From: Promethearchaeota archaeon
Lineage (GTDB): Archaea > Asgardarchaeota > Lokiarchaeia > Sigyniarchaeales > SOKP01
DNA length: 12,409 nucleotides
Reading direction: 5' to 3'
Assembly (NCBI GenBank): GCA_004524535.1
Contig: SDNY01000107.1
Location: forward strand, 1 to 12,409
The position numbers and the translations under genes were made by a program. Positions 1 through 7,617 of the stretch are shown one piece after another; position 1 is the stretch's first letter, and each line of letters opens with the position of its first letter. Below the pieces are notes generated by a model that saw only the letters and a program-made list of their open reading frames with translations, was not told where the DNA came from and did no database searches.

Positions 1-552
1 ATCAAAAACAGAAAGACCGTAAGAAACCAATTGAACTATTGATAAGATATCATAAATTGAAGTCTGTTGGAACAATATTTTAAAATTAGGATATTTTTTT
101 GAAATGCTTTCTCTTAAATAGTTAATATTGTCATTTACGTCATCATTACCTCTTATTTGTGGATCAAACTTATGAAAGCTTACAATAAGAGGTACATTTT
201 CCATATCATTATCTTGAAAATATCTTAGGATTAAATCAAGATACTCCAAGGATAAGTCAAATCTATTTTTATCTTGAATATCAATTATGAAAACGATTAA
301 ATCGGTGCCTGCAAAATAAGTATCTCTATTTTTTTCGTAGAGTTCTCTGTATTGTTTCTGCCCTCCCATATCCCAGTAATAGACGCGGCGACCTAGGAAA
401 GTTGAAGTATTATATTCGACTCTGACTGTAGGTTTTAATTCCATTATTTCTTTTTGGAAATCAAATTTTTTATCTAGAGCGGTCAAAATTGACGTTTTCC
501 CCGCGTTATCGAGTCCAGAAATCAAAATTTTTATATTGTTGGTATTTTCCAC
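1..552 (-). CDS. Small GTPase, Arf/Rag-like (Asgard-type), 3' part runs off the window
   Basis: Not in the ORF track; translated by hand from GTG at 552 (in-frame TGA at 559-561 just upstream): MENTNNIKILISGLDNAGKTSIL...KPTVRVE...YWDMGGQKQYR...VFIIDIQD...VSFHKFDP...QTSIYDILS. G1-G5 motifs are all present and the frame is open to position 1. Confidence 0.93.
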   Translation of the reverse strand, partial: MENTNNIKILISGLDNAGKTSILTALDKKFDFQKEIMELKPTVRVEYNTSTFLGRRVYYWDMGGQKQYRELYEKNRDTYFAGTDLIVFIIDIQDKNRFDLSLEYLDLILRYFQDNDMENVPLIVSFHKFDPQIRGNDDVNDNINYLRESISKKYPNFKILFQQTSIYDILSIVQLVSYGLSVFD

Positions 553-740
553 TTGAAATCACTACTTTTTTTAACTTAATATAATTATTAATTAACTTTT
601 CCTAATTTAATATTTTGTAAAAAAATAATTCTCTTTTTAATAGGTAGTTTTTATCCTAGTAAGCTCTGATGTTATTTCTGTAATATAAACATCATATTCG
701 TATTTTTTATCGATCTCTTTCAATTTTTAATAAAACAAAT

Positions 741-1001
741 TTGATGATTAAATTGATTGAGATCGAAAATGAATTAAAAAAAGAAAATAATTATTTGGAA
801 AATTTGCATCACCAGATTACGCAAAAATATAGGTTTTATCGTAAAATTCCAGAGTACAACAAAAAATTGGATGATTTAGATTTCAAATTACAGCTAAAAG
901 AATCAATATATGAAATAAGAAAAAAATTTGAAATGGCTCAAATACGAAGAAATTATGCTATTTTAGTAAGCGAATTCGAAGATATAATAGAAAAAAAATG
1001 A
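741..1001 (+). CDS. Hypothetical small helical/coiled-coil protein (start TTG 741 or ATG 744)
   Basis: 86-aa E/K/L/I-rich ORF filling the gap between the GTPase and YjbQ, followed by T-rich tracts. No motif recognised. Confidence 0.6.
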   Translation: MMIKLIEIENELKKENNYLENLHHQITQKYRFYRKIPEYNKKLDDLDFKLQLKESIYEIRKKFEMAQIRRNYAILVSEFEDIIEKK

Positions 1002-1048
1002 GATTAACTAAAACTAATTCTTTCTTTTATCTCTATATTTTTTTTACG

Positions 1049-1486
1049 CTACTCTCCAATGATTTGAACATAAATAGTTCGTGAGCGCCTTTTTTCATCT
1101 AGTTCTAAAAAAATTATTTGTTGCCAAGTTCCAAGAATCACACTTCCATTTTGAAATGGAAATGTCTGTGACGTTTTAATGAGAAAGCTCCTAACGTGGC
1201 CAGCTCCGTTATGGTCGCCCCATGTCTTATGATGATGATAATTTTTTTTATACGGGATAATACTCTCAAGTAAATCTTCTATATCGTGCTTAACTAATCC
1301 AGGTTCGTATTCGGTGCTTGAAATTGCTCCGGTACTACCTGCAACTGATACATTTACTATACCATTCTTAATACCGCTTTCCTTTACAGCATTTTGGACT
1401 TGCTGAGTAATATCAACAATATCACAATATGGTTCTGTCCTTAATTGAAACGATTTCAATACGACTGTCATTTGCTTATAATTCAT
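1049..1486 (-). CDS. yjbQ: YjbQ/UPF0047 family protein (secondary thiamine-phosphate synthase-like)
   Basis: Motifs DITQQV..VKESGIKNG, EYEPGL, HH..WGDHNGAGHVRS and LGTWQQIIFLELD are typical of UPF0047. Confidence 0.92.
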   Translation of the reverse strand: MNYKQMTVVLKSFQLRTEPYCDIVDITQQVQNAVKESGIKNGIVNVSVAGSTGAISSTEYEPGLVKHDIEDLLESIIPYKKNYHHHKTWGDHNGAGHVRSFLIKTSQTFPFQNGSVILGTWQQIIFLELDEKRRSRTIYVQIIGE

Positions 1487-1606
1487 ATATTTATTTTATT
1501 AATTTTTTAAAAACAGAATTCGTTAAAAATTAAACTAGAAATTTTAATCTAATAAAATATTTAATAGAATTATAATAAATTTGTGAAATTATATTAGAAA
1601 ACGAAG

Positions 1607-2029
1607 ATGAGCGAGAGATTAAAAGAGTTTTTGAAAAAGATCCACAACCCGAAGAATAAAATTCCAGAATATCTAACTATTGTAGTTCGTCCTGGAAAAA
1701 AAATCATGGATATTAAAATTAAAAAGGAAGAATCAAACATTTTAAAGATCATTGCCCACCAAGAAGACAGAAAGGGTTGGTTCCTTCATTCTTATCATAT
1801 ACCTATAGGGAATTTAGGGCTTCATAATGACGCTAAAAATAAAGAAATTCTACCATATCTCAATGATCCTCGCATGATTACGAGTGATAAAGCTACAAAA
1901 GACTTGCTTGAAGAGATTTTAAGAAAATTTATTGAAATTCTCTCGGAAAGAAAAACCCATTTTTTTAGAACTGAACGATTCAAAAAGAAAAAAGAGATGA
2001 GAGTCGGAACTCAATTAAAAGGTTTTTAA
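1607..2029 (+). CDS. Hypothetical protein
   Basis: 140-aa ATG ORF, divergent from yjbQ and convergent with trmI (1-nt gap). No family recognised. Confidence 0.75.
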   Translation: MSERLKEFLKKIHNPKNKIPEYLTIVVRPGKKIMDIKIKKEESNILKIIAHQEDRKGWFLHSYHIPIGNLGLHNDAKNKEILPYLNDPRMITSDKATKDLLEEILRKFIEILSERKTHFFRTERFKKKKEMRVGTQLKGF

Positions 2030-2030
2030 T

Positions 2031-2897
2031 CTAACTTTTCAATGGCATTCCATCAAGATTTATAAATTCTTCTTTTTCAGGTTTTTTTTCTTGATATGGA
2101 TTTTCAATGTTTTCGACTTTTCTTCCAAATGTCAAATACCCAGAGTGTCCGATCATTCTAACTTCTGGTCGAGTTGCGCTTTCTTTAACTTGAATTCTTC
2201 TTTTTAACAACTCATAGCTATTAATCTCAAAAAAATTATTCTCTCTCATAGCAAATGTAGTTTTTTTAACTTGTTCAATTGTAGGCGAAAATGATACTAA
2301 AATTCCACTTAATTTTAAGTAACCTTTTACTTTTTCAACCGCCTTCCATGGTTGAGCCATATCTAAAACAACAGCATCAACATTTCTATAATTGAACTCA
2401 TCTAGAATTATATCCCCATATTGAATTGAAACAATCTCGTTCAGATTCGCTTTCTCTATATTTATTCTGGCTCTTTTCAAGGATTTTTCTCTTATATCAT
2501 AAGAATAAATATGACCATTTGGTCGCACAAAATTACCTAAGATACAAGTTAGGGCACCAGAACCACATCCTGCTTCAATGACAGTACTCCCAGGGCCTAT
2601 TCCTGAATAAATTAAGATTAATCCAGCATCTTCTGGATAAACAATTTGAGTCTTCCTACTCATAAATAATATATAATCTGATGCTAATGGTTTAAGAATA
2701 TAAAACTTATATCCTTGGGTTTCATATGGTTTTGAGAAAACGCATGTACCAAAAGGTTTACCGATTAAATCATCAAATTCAATGATTCCTCGATGAGTAT
2801 GGAATGAATCACCTGCTTTTACTTCTACTAACCATCTTCTTCTCTCATCAAGAACTAGAAAGATTAAATCGTTTTCTTTTATAATTCCAGCATCCAT
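2031..2897 (-). CDS. trmI: tRNA (adenine-57/58-N1)-methyltransferase TrmI (Gcd14/Trm61 family)
   Basis: N-terminal FHTHRG, RKTQIVYPED, SAM motif IEAGCGSGAL, DAVVLDMAQPW, FSPTIEQV and TRPEVRMIGHSGYL. Confidence 0.95.
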   Translation of the reverse strand: MDAGIIKENDLIFLVLDERRRWLVEVKAGDSFHTHRGIIEFDDLIGKPFGTCVFSKPYETQGYKFYILKPLASDYILFMSRKTQIVYPEDAGLILIYSGIGPGSTVIEAGCGSGALTCILGNFVRPNGHIYSYDIREKSLKRARINIEKANLNEIVSIQYGDIILDEFNYRNVDAVVLDMAQPWKAVEKVKGYLKLSGILVSFSPTIEQVKKTTFAMRENNFFEINSYELLKRRIQVKESATRPEVRMIGHSGYLTFGRKVENIENPYQEKKPEKEEFINLDGMPLKS

Positions 2898-2913
2898 TTT
2901 GTTTATAACTCTA

Positions 2914-2970
2914 TTATACTTGAAAATCTTAAATTTAGATAAATCTTTTATACTTCAAAATCTTAAATTT
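2914..2970. repeat. 23-bp direct repeat, two copies, 22/23 identical
   Basis: ttatacttgaaaatcttaaattt (2914-2936) and ttatacttcaaaatcttaaattt (2948-2970); period 34 bp. Confidence 0.85.
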
Positions 2971-2975
2971 TTTAA

Positions 2976-3000
2976 TATAAGTTGTATATTACAACTTATA
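2976..3000. promoter_or_regulatory. Perfect 11-3-11 inverted repeat, candidate dimeric regulator site
   Basis: tataagttgta-tat-tacaacttata in the divergent trmI/coiled-coil intergenic region. The function is inferred. Confidence 0.6.
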
Positions 3001-3008
3001 AAATCTTG

Positions 3009-3016
3009 TTTATAAA
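3009..3016 (+). promoter_or_regulatory. Candidate archaeal TATA box for a leaderless transcript
   Basis: tttataaa 22-29 nt upstream of ATG 3038, a spacing consistent with a leaderless archaeal promoter. The AT-rich background lowers confidence. Confidence 0.4.
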
Positions 3017-3037
3017 TACTCTTTAATGAACTAATCA

Positions 3038-3955
3038 ATGAGTAAAGAGAAAAGCTCTCGGATTCCTCACCTTTCTTTTAAAGAACTTCAAATTAAAATA
3101 GAGGATTTTAAAAATAAAAGAGATGACTTAAACCAAAAAACAAAAGATTATATTAATCGCATACAAGAAATTGAATCCGAAATTATGGAATCATTAAAAA
3201 GTGCCAGAGATGATTACAAACCAAAGCGAGATCATTGGAATAAAAAAGTAAAGCAATTAAAAAATAAAAAAATTGAATATAAAAATCTCTTAGATAATCT
3301 CATTGAAGAGAAGAAAAATCAGCAAAATCTCTCGGGAAAAGGTAGAATTCCAAAACAATTTACGTCGATTAAGCAGATAGAGCAAAAAATCGATAATTTA
3401 GAGAGAATAATTGAAACTGAAAACTTAGAAATTAATGAAGAAAATGAAATTGTTGACAAAATCAGAGATTTAGAAAGAAAAAAACAAGAATTTATAGAGG
3501 CAAAACAAAATAGTGGCACTTATAAGATTGAGCGTAAGATTGAAATCGTTAAAATCAATCTAAATAAAATTTACGAACAACTGAACAAATGGTCTCGAAA
3601 GTCTCAAAAATATCATCTAAAAATGCTTGAACTATATCAGAAAGCCAATGAATTAAAAGAAAATAAGAAAAAAATTGAAGAAGAATTAATTAAAAATAAA
3701 AAAGCAGCGGATCGTTTTCATAATCAATATATAGAAGTTGTAAACCAAAAGAAGAAAAGAAATAAAAGTAGAAGCCCTTATAAACCAAGAAAAAAACCTA
3801 AGACTGTACGTAGATCAAAAATCAGCAATGAAAATCAGCAAAAGCTTGAAAAAATAAAAGAAGCTAAATTAGCCACCGCATTAGAAAAGCAAAAAGCAGG
3901 AAAAAAGTTAAATTTATTTGAAGCAAGACTAATTTTAGAACAATTAGATAAATAA
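3038..3955 (+). CDS. Archaeal coiled-coil protein (COG1340-like)
   Basis: Long heptad-rich K/E protein with KRDDLN, KRDHWNKKVKQLK, LE...ET..L....ENEIVDKI, ADRFH and C-terminal EKQKAGKKLNLFE, resembling the conserved archaeal coiled-coil family. Confidence 0.75.
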   Translation: MSKEKSSRIPHLSFKELQIKIEDFKNKRDDLNQKTKDYINRIQEIESEIMESLKSARDDYKPKRDHWNKKVKQLKNKKIEYKNLLDNLIEEKKNQQNLSGKGRIPKQFTSIKQIEQKIDNLERIIETENLEINEENEIVDKIRDLERKKQEFIEAKQNSGTYKIERKIEIVKINLNKIYEQLNKWSRKSQKYHLKMLELYQKANELKENKKKIEEELIKNKKAADRFHNQYIEVVNQKKKRNKSRSPYKPRKKPKTVRRSKISNENQQKLEKIKEAKLATALEKQKAGKKLNLFEARLILEQLDK

Positions 3956-4069
3956 TTTTTATCAATTGTAATTTAAATTATAGAGATTAATTGTAAGATT
4001 TAATAAAATTTTAATTTTAGACTATATTTAGTTATTCATCACTTTTCTTAAAATTAGATTTGATTAAAA

Positions 4070-5431
4070 TTGAGTAAGAAATTAGCAGAAATTCGATCAA
4101 TATTAGAAGAACATCATGAAATGATTAAAAACGCAATCCCACTTATTGCTTCGGAAAATATAACAAGTCCGGCTGTTAATGAAGCAATCGTTTGTGATTT
4201 TTCGCATCGTTATGCAGAAGGGTGGCCTGGTCAAAGAGTCTATGCGGGTTGCGAATTTATTGATAAAATTGAAATATTATGTCAAGATTTGATGAAAGAA
4301 TATTTTGGGTGTAAATTTGCTGATGTACGACCTGTTTCAGGAGTTATGGCGAATTTAGTATTATATAATGCGTTTACTTCAAGAAATAATGGAAAAATGT
4401 GTGCGATGCCTATACCTAAAGGAGGTCATATCAGCCATGCACCTTATCAAACCACATCTGGACGTTTTATATATGGAACCGCAGGAACTGTTCGAGGTTT
4501 AGATGTAAAATACTTAAATTTTGACGAGGAAAACATGAATATAGATCCTGATGGTTCAATAAAAGTTATAAGAGAATTTAAACCAGAAATGATATTATTT
4601 GGTGCCTCAGTTTTTCTATTTCCACATCCAGTAAAAGAACTAAGAGATGTCGCCAATGAAGTTGGAGCCTCGATTGGATATGATGCTGCTCATGTAGCTG
4701 GTTTAATAGGTTCTGGATATTTTCAAGATCCACTAAGCGAGGGCGCTGATGCTATATCATTATCATGCCACAAAACCCTTCCAGGACCGCAGACAGGGGC
4801 AGTACTTGCTGATAGAGAGGATTTAGTAGACGATTTAAAAAATGCTGCATTTCCAGCTCTATTTTCAAATCATCATCTACATAATGTAGCAGGATTAGCT
4901 GTAGCTCTGACTGAAATGCTTGAATTCGGGAAGGAGTACCATAAGAAGGTGATTGATAACGCAAAAGCATTTGCTCAAGCACTTAATGAGCGAGGGTTCA
5001 ATGTTCTATGTGAACATCTCGGATTTACCGAATCTCACCAAGTTGTTGTTGATATCGTGGAATTTAAGGATAAAGTAGGCTTAGGTGGAGATATTGAAAG
5101 AATTCTGGAAAAAGCGAATATTATTATAAATCGTAATCTATTACCTTGGGATATACGAGGAGCTAAAGGTCCAAATGAAAAAAAATCGTCAAGTCCCAGA
5201 CATTACAAAAACCCAGGTGGTCTACGACTCGGCACGGCTGAAATTACACGGTTAGGCATGGGTAAAAGCGAAATGGTTGACATAGCAGAGTTTTTTAAAA
5301 ACCTCATAATAGATAAGAAAGATCCGAAAAAGATAAAGAATGAGGTAACAGAATTTAGAAAGGAGTTTCAAGAAGTAAAATATTGTTTTCAATCTCCTAA
5401 TAAAGCATACGAATATTTGAAATTCTATTAA
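4070..5431 (+). CDS. glyA: Serine hydroxymethyltransferase, archaeal type
   Basis: LIASEN, RYAEGWPGQRVYAGC, GGHISH, YDAAHVAGLI, PLP-lysine motif HKTLPGPQ, SNHHLH and GLRLGT; TTG start. Confidence 0.97.
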   Translation: MSKKLAEIRSILEEHHEMIKNAIPLIASENITSPAVNEAIVCDFSHRYAEGWPGQRVYAGCEFIDKIEILCQDLMKEYFGCKFADVRPVSGVMANLVLYNAFTSRNNGKMCAMPIPKGGHISHAPYQTTSGRFIYGTAGTVRGLDVKYLNFDEENMNIDPDGSIKVIREFKPEMILFGASVFLFPHPVKELRDVANEVGASIGYDAAHVAGLIGSGYFQDPLSEGADAISLSCHKTLPGPQTGAVLADREDLVDDLKNAAFPALFSNHHLHNVAGLAVALTEMLEFGKEYHKKVIDNAKAFAQALNERGFNVLCEHLGFTESHQVVVDIVEFKDKVGLGGDIERILEKANIIINRNLLPWDIRGAKGPNEKKSSSPRHYKNPGGLRLGTAEITRLGMGKSEMVDIAEFFKNLIIDKKDPKKIKNEVTEFRKEFQEVKYCFQSPNKAYEYLKFY

Positions 5432-5562
5432 TAATAGAATCTTCGGAAATAGTCTAAAAAAAGAATTTTCTCTTGTGGTTCTTCAATATATCTATCACTT
5501 GGAAAGGTAAAACCTTGTCTTAATGCTAATTCTTTCCATCCAATTTTCCAAGATTCGGACAC
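5428..5562 (-). pseudogene. 44-codon ORF or C-terminal gene remnant convergent with glyA
   Basis: GTG 5562 gives VSESWKIGWKELALRQGFTFPSDRYIEEPQEKILFLDYFRRFYY*. Its stop overlaps the glyA stop (TTAA). The frame continues ELLSK upstream to an in-frame TAG. Confidence 0.4.
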
Positions 5563-5605
5563 CTTAGATAATAATTCCTATTCCAAATTTTAAGCAATTG
5601 TATCT

Positions 5606-6238
5606 TTAAATAGTCTTATTTTTTTTAAAAATCTCAAATTCTTCTTTTATTTCGTCTTTAATTAATATTAGATTTGGGAGGAGATGTTTTAAATCCTCAA
5701 GAGCATTAATAAATTTGGATTTCATGGCATTTTTTTTATCTATGAACGGGGCGTCAGCTGTTGTTTCATAATTATAAAATCTAATTATATTGAAAGTATG
5801 TGTTTTTTCTGATAAATCTTTTATATTAATAGTTATGTATATATATAATAAATTGACATCTCTACCAATAATATGTGGACTATAACTAAATCTTGTTCTT
5901 GTTAATAAAAACTCAATAGATTTAATCTTTAATAAATCAAATCTCTTTGTAAATGAGAGTAATTTTGGTTTTATTGAAAATTTTGATTTTTTTACTCTTA
6001 AAATAAAGAAATACTTACCCCATCGATAGAGCAAATAAAGTGGAATAATAAAAGCAAGAAGTATGATTATAATAATATTTTTAATATCAAGGAGATCCTC
6101 GTAATTTCCTAATACTCCAATTAAAATAGTAATTAAAATTAATATGCTTAGAAATGATCCTATAAAAATACTTATAAGATAATAAAATGGTGTGCATTTA
6201 TATTTCCAGACTAATTTTTCTGAGTTATTCACTTTCAT
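5606..6238 (-). CDS. Hypothetical membrane protein, two N-terminal TM helices and a basic beta-rich C-terminal domain
   Basis: Hydrophobic segments FYYLISIFIGSFLSILILITILIGVL and IIIIILLAFIIPLYLLY; very AT-rich 210-aa ORF. Confidence 0.75.
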   Translation of the reverse strand: MKVNNSEKLVWKYKCTPFYYLISIFIGSFLSILILITILIGVLGNYEDLLDIKNIIIIILLAFIIPLYLLYRWGKYFFILRVKKSKFSIKPKLLSFTKRFDLLKIKSIEFLLTRTRFSYSPHIIGRDVNLLYIYITINIKDLSEKTHTFNIIRFYNYETTADAPFIDKKNAMKSKFINALEDLKHLLPNLILIKDEIKEEFEIFKKNKTI

Positions 6239-6331
6239 ATAATTTTTTCATTTTTACTTAAATTTATTTATTCTAAGAATTTTAAATTGATATTTATCTT
6301 TAAACATAATTAATAATATTATTATAAATAC

Positions 6332-6344
6332 AAAAAAAAAAAAA
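6332..6344 (-). terminator. Oligo-T (T13) archaeal-type terminator
   Basis: A13 run on +, i.e. T13 on -, directly after the minus-strand TAA at 6345-6347. Confidence 0.55.
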
Positions 6345-6479
6345 TTAACCAATCCATCTTCCTGGATTAGTTAATCTTATAACTAAAAATGTCATTCCTG
6401 CAGCGCATACAACAATACATGCAACTAAAGCTTTTTTATAGTTTTTTACTAGTGGAAAAACAGCATCTGGACAAGTACA
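6345..6479 (-). pseudogene. Start-less C-terminal fragment of a membrane protein
   Basis: Hand translation ...CTCPDAVFPLVKNYKKALVACIVVCAAGMTFLVIRLTNPGRWIG*: a TM-like helix, then a stop, then T13. No upstream start codon in frame. The upstream boundary (~6479) is approximate. Confidence 0.55.
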
Positions 6480-6488
6480 GGTATAGTT

Positions 6489-7529
6489 TGGAGATACACA
6501 GCAGACGATGTAATTAGTTCCGTTTCGATTAATTCTAATGGTAATTATATCGCTGCTGGGAGTTGGGATAATTGTACATATCTTTTTGAGAATTCAAGTT
6601 CTGCTCCTTTATGGAAATCCACTACAGATGATTTTATGGGATCAGTTGCAATATCTTCTGATGGTAATTATACAATTGGCGGAAGCTGGGACGATTATAT
6701 TTATTTTTTTAACAAATCAAGTTCAACACCTCTATGGAAATATAAGACTGATGATGATATACAATCTGTTGCAATATCTACAAATGGGAATTATACAGTT
6801 GTCGGTAGTAGAGATAAAAATGTATATTTTTTTAATAAGACAGTATCTGCCTCAAAAACTCCAATATGGAATTATACAACTGGTTCTCGAGCAAAATCAG
6901 TTGCAATTTCTTCTGATGGTAAATATATCACAGCGGGTAGCTGGGATCATAAAGTCTATTTACTGAATAATTCAATTTCCAAAGTAAAAACTTCAATGTG
7001 GAATTATACAACTAATAAGCAAGTAGATTGTGTAGCGATATCTGCAGATGGTAATTATATAGTCTGTGGCAGTAGGGATCGTAATGTATATCTATTTAAC
7101 AAATCAAGTTCAGAACCTTTATGGAATTTCACAGTAGGACATACAGTCTGTTCTGTTGCTATCTCATCTGATGGTAATTATATAATTGCTGGTAGTTTTG
7201 ATAAGTATTTCTATATTTTTAATAGAAATGATTCTCAACCTATTTGGGAATATAAAACTAATGGAGAAGTTTTTTCTGTTGACGTCTCTTCGGATGGTAA
7301 TTATTTTGTTGCTGGAAGTGTAGATAATAAGATATATTTAATTGACCGCGACTATATTTCTTCTCAATCTATAATAGGAGTTGGAGATGATGACGATGAC
7401 GATGACGACGGAAATGGGTTAGACCTATTACCTATCATCTTGGTTGTTGTTTTTACGAGCGTTGGTGTCATTGTGGTTATTATTGTTGTTTTAATTAAAA
7501 AGGGAGTAATTAAACTTTCCAAGGTTTAA
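6489..7529 (+). pseudogene. Membrane-anchored WD40/PQQ-like beta-propeller, 5'-truncated (track ORF 6636-7529)
   Basis: Seven repeats of W-x-Y-x-T...SVAISSDGNY..AGSWD..VYLFN. Repeat 1 and part of repeat 2 lie in frame upstream of ATG 6636, with no ATG/GTG/TTG back to TAG 6450-6452. It ends in a D8 linker, a TM helix and a Lys-rich tail. Confidence 0.8.
7386..7409 (+). repeat. GAY x8 trinucleotide tract encoding poly-Asp
   Basis: gat gat gac gat gac gat gac gac, immediately before the C-terminal TM helix. Confidence 0.9.
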
Positions 7530-7617
7530 ATTAAATTTAAAATAATTAAACCAACATAATCAATTATTTTTTCTATTATGTTAAGACTTTAAGAATCATA
7601 TATCTTAGAACAAATAT

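Noticed and set aside
2914-2970. Direct repeats as a mini-CRISPR array
   Set aside because: Only two copies, an 11-nt spacer, and no cas genes in the window.
3319-3519. 66-aa minus-strand ORF
   Set aside because: Antisense shadow of the coiled-coil gene; the F/S/L/I bias mirrors its K/E codons.
4447-4982. Two minus-strand ORFs (69 and 76 aa)
   Set aside because: Fully inside glyA on the opposite strand with no recognisable motifs.
5162-5197. SHMT insert as an intein or intron
   Set aside because: Only 12 in-frame codons, with no intein terminal residues and no evident bulge-helix-bulge pairing.
6538-6966. 142-aa plus-strand ORF that looks hydrophobic
   Set aside because: Alternative frame of the propeller repeats; its periodicity (QLQYLLMV) simply mirrors them. 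It does not supply the missing N-terminus because repeat 1 begins upstream of it.
7553-7584. aacataa...ttatgttaa as a dif/Xer site
   Set aside because: The right part resembles a XerD arm, but the arms are 16 nt apart rather than 6. It is more likely a weak hairpin or chance.
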